Positions 39,513-51,777 of a stretch of DNA of 64,000 bases are shown here, piece by piece; position 1 is the stretch's first letter; every line of letters starts with the position of its first letter. The translations under genes and the position numbers were made by a program. The notes under the pieces are model-generated. The model worked only from the letters and a program-made list of their open reading frames with translations. It did not search any database and was not told the DNA's origin. This DNA comes from Acanthaster planci (lineage: Eukaryota), in assembly GCF_001949145.1 (NCBI RefSeq), contig NW_019091359.1, forward strand, positions 3,076,861 through 3,140,860. The letters are read 5' to 3'.

Positions 39513-40779
39513 GTTGACTGTAAAAATAAAAGGAACAAATCTGTATAGAGACCACTGTCTCTTAATCTACCATTTAACATGGAAATATCATTGAAATAGA
39601 CTTCAAACTATATTTTTTGTTCCGCAGGTTTTTTGTATTATAAAATTTGCATTCTTGGAAAATTAAAGAACATGTTCTAAACTTACCAAGTTATATGTCA
39701 GATGTGACAGCAAGAGGGCAAACTTTGGACACCCACATTATAACATGACCTACATGAAACTGCACAATGAGTCATTTGTGCTGTGTCATTGGTCAATCCT
39801 GTTTGTACAAGACTGTTTTGACAACGAAAAGTGAGATTTTGTCCAAGATGGAATGACAGCATAGCACGATTAAGGAATCAAACATTTCTGCTGATCATGA
39901 CTTGAGAATGAGATGGCACATGCTTACTAAGAACAATGTTACCATGGTTACTTTAGTGGAAAAACGAGTGTGTGCACAGAACTATTTGTACCCCGAGAAC
40001 TAACAGGGCATTCTGTCTTTCCACAGAAGCACACTAAGCACACAAAGCTTATGTTTGTTAAAATGCGTCTGTTTCTTCCTTGTCTTTCTTTCTTCTTCAG
40101 GCTCTTCTGTGCTTTTGCAGGTCTGTCACTGTTAGTGTTACATGTAGGTGTGATCAGTCACTCCGTGATCAATCTAAGCAGAATTCCACATCATTTATTC
40201 ATGGTCATCACTAATTTTTCCAAGCAGTTATAGATCAACTATCAGAAAGCAATAGTGGTCATGATAAAAAAGGTCAAATTTAACAGCAAAATACTAAAGA
40301 GCGAAGTTTTTACTTAGGAAACAAATTTTCCAGACCAATCCTAAAGAATGACACTGACAGGGTTTGCTGTTTGTGTATAGATGTCAAGTACAGGGTATGG
40401 AAGCTGATCTCTTTAGTCATGTTAGTGAATGTGCCTTGAGATAAAAAAGAAACATTGAAATAAGGCCAGAATTTATGAAGTTGGCATGAATTCAATTTGT
40501 TTACAGGTTTTTTTACTGTGAAAAAGTGGAGTAAACAGTCAGTTTACCCCCTAGGGAGTGTCAAGTTTCCCATAGGGAAAAAGAGAGAAAATAAACACAA
40601 AAATTCAAATTTTGGAGGGCCGTATCTCGAGAACCCCTCAACACATGTCCAAAATACAGGTATCAAATTGATCAGATTAACATGCTCTTTAAAACTAACC
40701 TATTTGCAAAGGCATTCATTGAAAATGCAATGTCTGTTTTGGTCCCTAATGTTAGTTTCACTTCTATTTCCAACAAGCG

Positions 40780-41650
40780 GATGCGACCTGTGCCATTAAT
40801 GTCTTGCGCGCAATACACTATGCGCCTGAAATAGCGCCTAGGCTTGGTATCGTCAACATCGTCATGATTGATTGTATCATCACGCTTATATCCAATTATT
40901 TGTACATTCAGGGTAACTGGGAGTGTTGCAGTAATGGTTCATGTGGCAAAGGATCCATGCAAATGAAATTACAAATCAAATGTGCCACTTCAATACAATT
41001 TTAACTCACAAACAAACCTGTTCGTGTTACACTGACCAACGGTGCGAGTGCAGTATTCACAGTTTTGAAAGGTGCGCCCTCACCGCTCGAGCGCGCGCTC
41101 AACGTTGCCATGTACCCAAGCTACCCTACGGTGAAACTAACTTTTCACAAGATGTCGACATATGGTACCAATCTCGCTATTCGAGTCAGGTTCTCTACCT
41201 TATTGAAGATGTATATGGATAGCTATATTCAGGATACCAAACGTGGTTTCTATCTTAGTTTTTGGTAAGGACACGTACCATCTGCATGAGGTTACTGATG
41301 TAAACTTACTCATTTCTGCTGTAAGGTTTGGTAGAATAATGTTACACGTGTACATTTGGTCACTTTAGGTTTAAGAAGTGTTGAAACAGTGAAAACTTTT
41401 CAGTTGCCTCGATTGTACTTGAGTAATTTTGGAAGTAAAGTGAGTGACTTAGAATATTGGAAGTCTGCGGTCTGCATTGTGGAACCTAGGTAGGCATAGT
41501 ACTACGGCCGGGCGTGCGCGTGGGAACGGTTGGAAGTACAACTACAAGAAACTACAACTAGTCTCACCATGGGGAAATACTCCTCCATGGTCTCACATGT
41601 CATGAACATCGACCGTTCTCGTGGTCGGAGGTTGTTCCATTTATTGCACC
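40780..41650. promoter_or_regulatory. Probable shared (bidirectional) promoter region of divergent POT1 and BCAP31
   Basis: Locally CpG-rich in a CpG-poor background (ttgcgcgcaa about 40804, ctcgagcgcgcgc about 41086, cggccgggcgtgcgcg about 41505), between the POT1 ATG (39512, -) and the BCAP31 ATG (43274, +). Both ATG exons have upstream acceptors, implying non-coding first exons. Candidate donors: 41265 and 41490 (+), 41309 and 39686 (-). Confidence 0.6.
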
Positions 41651-42502
41651 CACGTCTGGGCAAGGGGCAACTCTCCATTCACTTTGTACATGGATTTCCA
41701 TGTTTTCCTCCTTCAGGCTTCAGTCTTTTTTTTTTGCTGCAACATGATAAAAATAGCTCTGAATAGGGCCTAGGGCAGATAACTGAAACCTTTTCACTCA
41801 AATATCAGTCCAGTGTGGAGATATTCATAGTGCAGAAATAGTGAAACTTCAGGCACATTTGATGTTAAAGCCTAAGGATAAGACTTTAGGCCAAGTCAGT
41901 CAGTAGGCCCTAATTTAGATTTTCCCATAGACAGCAACACTATTTTTGCCCCTTTGAGTTTCAAGTGTGAAATATGGAATGGCCACCATTAACCAGAGAG
42001 AAGAATCAAGAATCAGTGATGTCATCCCGACAGCGAGAACTTAAATAGATTTAACACTGACTTTATTTTACTTTCCAGAATTTTCATCAAGGGAAAGCAT
42101 GAGGATAGAGTTCCATATACGGATGCGAGTAATTATTCCCTAGCCTAGGCCTACATGTGTACAAGCTATGGACTGCAGTACAGGTTCATACAGTCATCAC
42201 GGTGTCAGTGACTTACTAGCCATCAGAAAGCAAAAATATGTTCGGAAAAGTTCAATTTAAGAGGGAAACTACAGAGTCATTTACTAAGAAAACGTTCAAA
42301 GGATTTATGCATGGGGTGTCAAGTGGCATCCCTCATAATTCATATGGAACTCTTTCTGACTAAAAATCAGTACACATATGTCATGTATGTAGTGATACAT
42401 GTATGTTAATGACATCGTTACTATCATGAGTCTGTCAATCCAGCATTATGCATCAATAGGAGGGAGGCATGTCATGATCATAGTGTTTGTGTTTTAAGTC
42501 CT

Positions 42503-42653
42503 TTAACCCTCCTATGCTGAAGTCACTCTTTGGGTCACTTGGTAAACACCTCAAAGAAGCACAGCTGTGTTGTGTTGTGCACTGCACCAACATGCAAGAG
42601 AGTGACCTTGGGCACGTGAGCATATTTGTGCTGTAAAACCAAAGGAGGGTTAA
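42503..42653. mobile_element. Tiny TTAA-flanked piggyBac-type MITE (family C)
   Basis: TTAA-CCCTCCT ... AGGAGGG-TTAA, 143 bp between target sites; single copy in the window. Confidence 0.55.
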
Positions 42654-43273
42654 GACACTGGAATACAGCAATGGTCCAACAGATCCATGGGATTCTTTCT
42701 AGATTTAGCCCTGTGGAGTGATCATGTTAATTACTAAGACTTTACACAAAGTGGATAATTGACCACTTGTTTTTTATGATATTGTACCACTAACAAAAAT
42801 TATGCATATGCAATAATGCACAAACCACATACATGTGTGGTTAAGTTACAGCGCTTTTGCCAAAATTGGGAGAAGGAAGAACCTGTTGTGTGTCCCTATC
42901 TTAAGACTGACTTCCACAGGCATGTAACAAATCGGAGGTTTGTTTCATTTTTGAAAGAGTTGCATACATTTGTAACCTGAAGAATTCTTTGTTATCAAAC
43001 AAAATTTATTGAAATAATACATTTTCCTATCCATTCTTGAAGGCTAAAGGTTCGTGAGCTTGATTTCCAAGTCTCAGCAGAGAAAGGGTCTGGATGGAAA
43101 TATCATGGTGACTAACATTAAACTGTGTTTAATTTTTTTTGTCAGTCCTGTCAGTGAGTGATTTACTGTAGCTATTTCATTAATTATTTTTCCATCATGT
43201 TGTTTCTTACATGCAGACAGGATTACATTGCTTTAGTGCTCGTTACAAGCTCTGAGGCAATATCCCATCAACC

Positions 43274-46200
43274 ATGACCCTTCAGTGGACATTTGTTGCC
43301 GGATTCCTCTACTTAGAGGCTGCGGTTCTCTTACTTCTCTTACTGCCTTTCATCAAACCCTACATGTGAGTGAATGAACCAGTGTGGTATTCCAACTGGG
43401 CATGCACAAAATGAAGCGCGCCATTGGTCGTTTGAAGATCATGGACATGCACTTAAGGATGGCCCTATTAGAACGACCTAGTATATGCGTTAATTATATT
43501 CAAACTTGTACGATGTCAGGTGCTTTGTTCTTTAACCCAAACCATACTAGATCCAACTGTGTCAAACAGTGTGCTATTTCTGTGGGTTTTTGTTGATCTG
43601 AGTTGTGGGAAAAAAGACCTTTGTCCTACATGTAGTAGTTGTTTTCTTTCAGGGTTCAGCAGACTTCCCTTTTTTCTTTTGTGTTCCTTTGGGTTCAGCA
43701 TAATGCGTAGAGAAAAGCCAAAGGAGGTTGGGATAATGGCCTCGCCTGTTTAAAACACAAATTGGCTCATTGTAAAACGTCATCAAATTTTGGCAACCTG
43801 CCCAAGGGAAAGGGATTCAAGTCAGACTTGAGTAGACAATCTGTTATCTCACTGGGTGTTCCCGATGGCCCCCTTCGATGGTGGAAGGCATTGTGTTGAG
43901 CAACTTTTCTGGTACAGTGGCTCTAGCTCTGTACAGTACTCATCACAGTGGTTGATGCTGCCAACAAAGTGGGTCATTGTAAACAATCAGTGGTAATGTT
44001 ACCATGGTCAGCATGTTTGTTGACATGTACACGGAAGGCAGCACATAAAATGCTTACACCAACTGATTAAGAATTTACCAAGAGGTTAATTTTGCTGCAG
44101 TAAAACCTTGATAAGTCAAATTCGGCTGAGTTGAAAGTCCACTTGTCTCAAAGTGATACTTTATTGTTGAAAGAATAGGCATTTGTTTACATAAAGACTT
44201 CTGTAAGTCAAATTACTAGTGGCCAAAATCCGGCTTAAGTCAAAGATTTTGTGACTATGATCCAAAAAACCACCACTAAATCGTCTCAAAAAGGACCAAT
44301 ATGGGGACCATGCTGCCAAGCATACATTGTCTTTCACTCGCGATCTGCTTGCATGGCATACATGCTGTGAGGCTCACTTAATAAACCATGCCACACTGTA
44401 ACTGCAACAAATCTGGGCTTTCAGGCTAGCTTGATTGCCACAACAAGACCCATGTGCGGATAGACCAATCACTGCCTATTACAATGGTCATGGGACCACA
44501 GCTTTCAGGCTAGCCTGATCGCCACCGCAAGATTCATGTGCAAATGGACCAATCACTGCCTATTACAATGGTCATGGGACCACAGCTTTCAGGCTAGCCT
44601 GATCGCCACTGCAAGATCCATGTGCAAATGGACCAATCACTGCCTATTACAATGGTCATGGGACCACAGCTTTCAGGCTAGCCTGATCGCCACTGCAAGA
44701 TTCATGTGCGGATGGACCAATCACTGCCTATTACAATGGTCATGGGACCACAGAAAGTGATGAGAATGAATAAAAAGTGGAAAATAGCCACCAAAATGTT
44801 TCTACCATGCAGGGAGTATGAGTACCTACATGTACGTGTAACGTGTATTGGTTCCTTGGCTGTGAAACTTTCTTTAACTCAAAGTCCGTATAACTCGAAT
44901 TTTTTATTCACTCGCTTGACTTTTGAGTTATCAAGGTTTTCCTCTATTTACTTTTTAGTTGAATGGCTACCGATGAAATAAAATAATGTTTCTGTACTGA
45001 TTTTAAACTAGTTATTTGGAATATAATGTTCATGTGCAGTTAGCCCCAATCTAAAATTCTGAGCCTATCGTAACTAAAAATTGGCAGTTTCTGTCTGGCT
45101 CCAAGATTCTCATGTGTACTTTAATGTTAGACTGGGTTACATTCAGCAGGTGTCAAGAAAAACCTACCGGGCTTAGGGTGATCAGAAAAGTAAGCTCTGC
45201 CCCATTGTAAATTGTTCACTTGTATACCCTCTGTATTCAACAGGTGGCAGAAGATCTTTAACTCTTCAATTCTGAAGACAATCAATTCCTTTTCCTATAT
45301 CTACTTCAATGTGTTCATCGCCATCTTAGGCCTGCTGTTTGTCGGTAAGCTACCATCAATAAGTTTGTTCTCAGATAGGTCTTTGTCAATTTAATTACCC
45401 TTCAAATTAGACTGTTGGTAATACTGTGTTAAGCACAATTCATGATTAAATGACTACTCTTTCGACCACTTGGACCATGCTGTAACCATGCTGTAATGAT
45501 GACAGCATGGTTAACTTGTGCATTTTCCTTTGGGACAATAAATTTAAATCTCTGTGGGAAAGAACATGCAAACAAAGCGTGATGTCGTCAGTATACACGG
45601 CTCTTCAAAAATCTAAAGCTCACTTGTTTTTCCTCGTGTTCTTGTAAACCCTGACGTGGAAGTGATGTGTGATCCTGTTCCAAGAACAGTGTTCTTGGGT
45701 TGTGTTACCGTCTGTCTAAGCACGGGAACAAGTACATGTAACCATGTCAAGAACAGGCTGTCCGAACTCGACCTCAGCCAAGATGTCAATTTCTGACGTG
45801 CTTACTGTTGAAATATCTCCACCTCTTAGCTAATTAGCATATAAGTTGGTCAGGTGCTTACTGCTTGCTGTACTGTCTACGTAGCCATCTAAAAATGGTC
45901 ATGGCAAGTTTTTTTCTCTCCTAAGCCTGAAAAACCACCAAAACACAAGGCTTCATTTTCAGTGACCAGGTGAACAGTCACTCATTTCCATGAGCCTGTT
46001 GGTGTAGCAATGAACCCTTGATCAGTGAGTGATCTCATAGCAACTTTCTTTTTTGCAGATGCTATCCGAGATGTGCGGAAATACTCGTCGGCTTATGCCG
46101 AGATTGATGTTTCTGTACCCGGAGCTGAGGTACAGCTCAACATGAAGTTGTTCCGGTCCCAGAGGAACCTGTATATTGCTGGATTTGCACTCTTCCTATG

Positions 46201-49200
46201 GCTGTGAGTGACTGTCCTTTCAATCAGTGATGCTTTACCTTGTGAATTTCCCTTACAAAGACATGGCCACTGCTGGCTGTTCAAGATCCAGAGGGAGAAC
46301 AAACTGGAGAAAAAATTAAAATGAAAACATTTACCTCTTAAAATAGAATAGTTCAAGAAACTGGTGCTAGAAATTTGAAGTTGGCATTTGTGCCCATTTA
46401 GACCATTTGTGCTTTTAACTGTGTAATTGCAAGTTAACTCCACCCTGAAGAAGTGCATTGAATGTTGCAGTTCAGAAGTTGCTTTAAACCATATCATTTT
46501 CAAAAGAAACAGGAAGATATTTGTACCAAAGCACCTGCCACATAAATCGGGAACCTTTTGTAGTTGATATCCGGCCATAGGCTTATTTACTCAGGTGTTG
46601 CATGTTTCTTGTCAGATAACAACCCTGCCTTCACGAGTTTGTACTTTTGAGTCATATGTTAATGATTATAAGGAGTTCTTTGTTTCCCTTTCAACATTCC
46701 AAATTCACCCAAGCCAAAAGTCTAGAGATGGTGTGAATGGTTTTAACTGTACTGTTTTCAAGCATTGTTTTGCAATCAAGTGCTGCAGGAATAATTGTTC
46801 TGTTATTTGCCCTCTGCAACCATTTTTGTGAAGGAATTATCAAAGCTCAGACACAAAAAGAATCAAAGATGGTGTGGATTGTAAATTTTGGTTTTTGGAG
46901 CATCTCAGAACTTTACAGGTTTCTGTTCTTTTTCAAGCAGTCCACTTACATTTGGAGTCCAGCTTACAAATTGTTAGATCAACCAAAATTCCCACTGTTT
47001 CCTAAACGTTCATATATCAGAATACCTATGAGTTTTCTGGGCTCTCTATTCCAAGTACAAGTGTCCCTTCGCTTGGGGAAATGGAGAGGCCAGCTTAGTG
47101 CAACAATCGAAGGTGACCAAGCCTATCAAAATGAGCTGGAAGTCGCAACAGCCACTTTGGAGTAAAAGGCCTTTAATTAAGAATTGTGCAAAGTGGAAAT
47201 CACTTGAAATTGTCAATAGTCAATTGTCAATAGGATGACTGGCTGATTGATACATCGAAGGACAGAGTTTAGTTTTGTCTTTCTACTGCACACTAAAGGA
47301 ACGATACTGGCAATACATACTTGAGATTTATCTTGAAAGACCCAATCACCAATGGCAGTGTGTGTTCTGGTGCAAACATGCTACAGACTTACAATATTAC
47401 TTATGTGTATCAGACATGCATTAGCAAGCACACACTCAGACGTGCAGCCTGCCATCATCAGAAAGGAAATCATTGCTTTGACTTCTTGTTTGACCAAGGA
47501 TCCCAATCCCCGTGCAAACTGTTGGCTTGTTTGTTTCATATGGATCTGGATCTCGATCAGAAATAGGCTTAATTTTGGATATTTCTGCCCTGCCCGACGT
47601 GTACTACATGTATAAGACTTTTTACTCAGTGTTTGCCCCTGAAGGCTGGTGAAAAAACCACAAGCGCACTCTCGGATGGGACTCGAACCCACGACTTCCC
47701 GCTGAAATAGGATTCCATGATGTTCCCATTGTTTCAAGTCCCAACTGCCAAGACCCTTCTTTTTTGCTCGTTGTGCAGCAGCCAGGTCACCATGCCTTAC
47801 CTGTTTCCTTTCCAGTGTGCTCCGGAGGGTCTGCACCTTGATCTCTACCGAAGCCAGACTACAGGCCTCGAATGAGGCATCCATTAAGCAGGCTCAGAGT
47901 GCCTCGGACCATGCCCAGAAACTCATGAAGGAACTGCAAGAGCTCAAAGATGCTCAGAAGGTCAGTAAATGTTGACTGATTTCTTGTTAAGCCAGATTCT
48001 TAACCAGACACTAGGTTAACCACTTCCTGCTGGGTGGAATTTGCATATGTGGGACGAGTTCCTGGGCGATTTTCCAGATTTTCCGTTTTCAAAATTCTTC
48101 AAAAATTCATAACTTCATTTACTGGACGTTTACACCTTCACGAATGACTGTCTGGTGGCTACTCTAATCTGACAGGTAACCTCCATTGACGCCCGAGTAT
48201 TGCAGCCAGGCCTGCTGCCCAGTAAAGAGAGCCCGGATTGTGCAGTGTTGTGTAATTTCCTTTGTTCCCGAAATTGGCCCAGTGGGTTGCTGAATGGCAG
48301 TGGTGTCTTTTCAAATGCGGCCAGATTAGCATGCAACGGTACTGCATTGCTCCTCCATGGAGTGCTGGAGCACTTTTGTCCCCGCTGACAATCCAGGGGC
48401 ACTGAATGCTGCAAACAGTGGTATACTGTTTCAGAACAATGACGGATTACCTCTGCTAATGCCAGCTGAAAAATGTTGGCAATTCACAACAGTTCGGTCT
48501 TTTGTTCCGAGTATGGTCTTTTGTTGCAAGGCCCAGCTCTTTTGTCCGATTTCAGGTACCCCTGGCTATGTGTACAAACCCAAGGTACCCGATACCGAGA
48601 ACCCCGGAGGCAAGTGGTTATAAAGCATCGAGTGTGTAATTAAAAAGGGAACTGGCCATTGAGATATAGCATGCGGGTATACCATGGAATAAATCACTTT
48701 TGGGTAGAAATGTGGTTCTTAGGTGAACCAGTGAACCACACCTCTTCCAAAAAGAGATTGATTCCATGGTGTACCTGCAAGCTATATCTCATGTAACTTC
48801 CACCATGTAAAGCTTCAAATCTTGCTTAAAATAGCCATTCATATTTATCCCATCAACAGCTCTTCTTTCGAGGAAAATATCATGAATCCTCGTAGACTAT
48901 CTAGGACTCTGTTTTGCCATCAGAGATTCTAGATCTACTGCAGTTCTTGTAAAAAAGGAATTTTCAATTATTGGGTTGAACATTATCTTTGATTGACGAG
49001 AATCTGTAAGCTGTAAAATGTTAACATTCTTTTTTATCCACAAAGTAAGAACTATTGTGACTGTTCTGTTTAGCATCTCGGGACATGTAAACAAATCCTC
49101 ACAGGCTGTCTAATCCTAAATGGATACCATAAGCTGTACAAATGAATGGAAGAACTGAAGTTAGTCCTTTATCAATATTTATTTCCTTGTCACACGCTAC

Positions 49201-51777
49201 CAGACTTGCAGAACAATAATACTTATAAAGTTGACTACAGTTCTATAGTGATGGATTACTCAAGCCCTCCAGGAATAGGGAAATGTTTTGACTTGAGAAC
49301 GGACACCTTTGAAAACAGGTTACAAATTCTATGCCACCCCACTGCCTAGGAACATTATTGGTTAGGTGGTTTTCTCAGGTATGCAACTAGGGACTCTGAA
49401 AAAGGAAATTCCCAACAGCTCAAGATTTTGTAATTGTATACATGGGAAGTAAAGATAAGGAAATAAGCTGATTCTAAGATGAGTTGCATGCCTACCTTCC
49501 TCTTTTCATGTATGTCACTCTTCCTAACTCAGAATTTATGTGAGGTGAGACAAAGCAAGGAGCCAATGTCAACTGAAGTCGACAAACATGTCGTCAGGTG
49601 CCGGCAGAAGGGCCTAAGCGCACTTTCGCCGGGAAGCATGATCACAGCAGAAAAAAATGTTGCCGGCAAAAGGGCATGAGAAACACACTTTCTTTATTTA
49701 GTCAAAACGGATATAATTGACTACAAAATCAACCTGAGCTGTACAAAAAGCAACCTTTGAACAACTTATTAAAGGACTTGGGCATTTTGTTTTTACTTTT
49801 TGCCAAGAAATCTTCCGATTTCATTAAAATACAATAATTGCATACTTCCGTCCTTTTGCCAGGAAAAGTTTTTTTGTAGTGATCATGCTTCCCGGCAAAA
49901 GGGCCTAAGCCCTTATGCCCTTCTGCCAGGCACACAACGATGTATACTTGCCCATGTTTATATTATGAGAGCTTTTTTACTTGAATTCCTCAGGGGGATG
50001 GTACATCAGTAGATGAAATCCCAGAGAACAAGGCCAACGAAGAGGTGAAGAAATACAAAGAGGAGCTAGAGGCAGCCAAGAAGGAATTACAGCAGGCTAA
50101 GACCGACTTGACATCCATCAAGAAACAAGCTGAAGGAGTGAATATGGAATATGATCGTCTCCTCAAGGAACATGCCAATCTGCAGGTAGGAGGATGCTAG
50201 ATGCAACTGTGTCTGGGTTCCCATTGGTGTACGACCAGGCTGAAGAATTCTAAGCTATTATCCAAAACTGATACCAATATCCACAAGAACAATGCTGATT
50301 CCATAACTGTCATTGCCTCAAAATAACAAGTGAAGACAAAACCTTTTGGATTTTGGATCACTGTGAAGTATGATAAGGGATGAGAAGAGTTGCTGGACAT
50401 CAAAGTACCGGAGCCTGGTTCAGGAATGGTGCATCATGTATGTGGCCGTTTGATCAAGAATGTTTGGTAGATTATGGGTAGTTCATGATGTACTGTATGT
50501 GTGCGCCATGGCTCCTTCTAAAGTAACAGTCAGGTATTATTGTCATATCCCACAGCACTGGCTCCCTGCTTTATATTTTGATATGCTACTATTTGGTAAC
50601 CAGTGATATAAAAGTCAAGGTGTAAACCCCAAATTCTCAAGTACAGTCCACCCATTGTTGACTGACAGGCATTTGGTCCTATTTAAACAAGCTGTGGTCA
50701 ACCACAGTCGTTGATCAAACTTGCTTATGGTTGGATTACCTAACCATGCATTGATAATGAAGTTGTTGACAGGAGTGCCCTATGTGCATGCCACGGGTGT
50801 CAAGTTGTCCAGTTCTGACAGGCAGGTGCTCTACACACTTTGGGGTTTGGTTAGGGAATGATATCACATGGATCATAGTGTTGACTTGTGAAGTCATTTT
50901 GATAGGGATACTTTAAACACATGGGTAATTTGAAACGTTTTAAAAAAGGCACTTTTCGTTTCACTCCAACGGGATGTCAAATCTTTTTTAAATGGTGAAG
51001 AAAAGTAGTAAATTACACAAAGAGTGTGTCAAAGAAAAATTTGTGGTGTGGATTTGTTACTGTTTGTACTTGAAGCTGTGTGATTGTGATTAGACAATCT
51101 ATATTGACCGGGATGGCTGATTTGTTGAAAGGACAGCTTTCCTCTTGAGGTCTTTTCACAGTACCCTCTAAACCCAGGTTTGAACTCAATCCTTGGGGAA
51201 CCCATGACTGCCCTGGATTGAAATTTGATTTTTCAACCCTGTGCTCAACATTGTTTCACACCACGGTTGTTTCAAGCAAACCAAGCTTATTGGGGTGAGT
51301 TTAACCCAGAGAGAAGCTCAAACAATTTTCAACCAGGGTTGAAAAAATTTCAACCCTGGTCCAGAGCAGGGATGAGTTCAACCCAGGTTGAATTCACTTT
51401 CAGGGTTGACATAGTTGGTGCAGGGTTGACTATTTTAAGTGAGTCATCACCAGTTTTCAACCCTGCACCAGCCTTGGGATTTGTCGATTGTGTAAAGGCC
51501 TTTAGCTTCCAATAGCGGTGCGACTGTTCCTCCATCATAGCAAATATCGGTTTACAGCAGGGCCAGTGTCTCAAATCACAAGGTTGTGGTGAAAAATAAC
51601 GCATCAGTGATGTCAAGAATGTCCAAAGTTAGTGTTTGTATGATCCATTTTTGGAAATTTGGTCTCTGGCTTGTCAGCAAGTGGTTATAAAATACAGAAC
51701 TTAACTTTTTTTCTCTCTTTTTCTTCTATGTTTGATTGCAGAAGACTGTTGAGGAGATAGACAAGAAAGATAGCTAA
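43274..51777 (+). CDS. BCAP31: B-cell receptor-associated protein 31/29 family ER membrane protein, 6 coding exons, 236 aa
   Basis: Exons 43274-43365 (accATG), 45244-45344, 46059-46203, 47816-47960, 49994-50185, 51742-51777 (TAA). Begins MTLQWTFVAGFLYLE...LLLLPF; three hydrophobic segments; family motif MKLFRSQRNLYIAGFALFL; coiled coil KKQAEGVNMEYDRLLKEH; C-terminal KKDS (KKxx ER-retrieval signal). Confidence 0.95.
44098..44944. mobile_element. pogo/Tigger-like (Tc1/mariner superfamily) MITE containing a minisatellite
   Basis: Imperfect TIRs cagtaaaaccttgataagtcaaa ... tttgagttatcaaggttttcctc, followed by TA. Confidence 0.6.
44417..44752. repeat. 84-bp minisatellite, 4 copies
   Basis: Units start at 44417, 44501, 44585 and 44669 (gctttcaggctagcctgatcgcc...gggaccaca). 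Confidence 0.95.
48016..48621 (+). mobile_element. piggyBac-type MITE, family B copy 4
   Basis: TTAA-ccacttcctgctggg ... cccggaggcaagtgg-ttat; body homologous to the other family B copies. Confidence 0.85.
48660..48791. repeat. Long imperfect palindrome (hairpin), probable MITE
   Basis: tgagatatagcatgcgggtataccatggaataaatcacttttgg...gtggttc pairs with gaaccac...ccaaaaagagattgattccatggtgtacctgcaagctatatctca. Confidence 0.8.
49586..49943. mobile_element. Inverted-repeat-bounded non-autonomous element, unclassified
   Basis: Left acatgtcgtcaggtgccggcagaagggc...gccgggaagcatgatcac mirrors right gtgatcatgcttcccggc...gcccttctgccaggcacacaacgatgt. Confidence 0.6.
51170..51480. repeat. Repeat element rich in inverted caaccc(t)g / cagggttg motifs
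   Basis: Many tcaaccctg, aacccaggtt and cagggttga motifs in both orientations within about 300 bp. Confidence 0.6.

Noticed and set aside
26429..43274. Telomerase RNA gene or (TTAGGG)n array linked to POT1
   Set aside because: I saw no telomeric array or convincing template-plus-structure by eye; a covariance-model search would be needed to exclude it.
47655..47705. tRNA-like B-box sequences (also about 17110, 21625, 31625, 32030)
   Set aside because: Isolated B-box fragments with no cloverleaf; probably SINE remnants, not tRNA genes.
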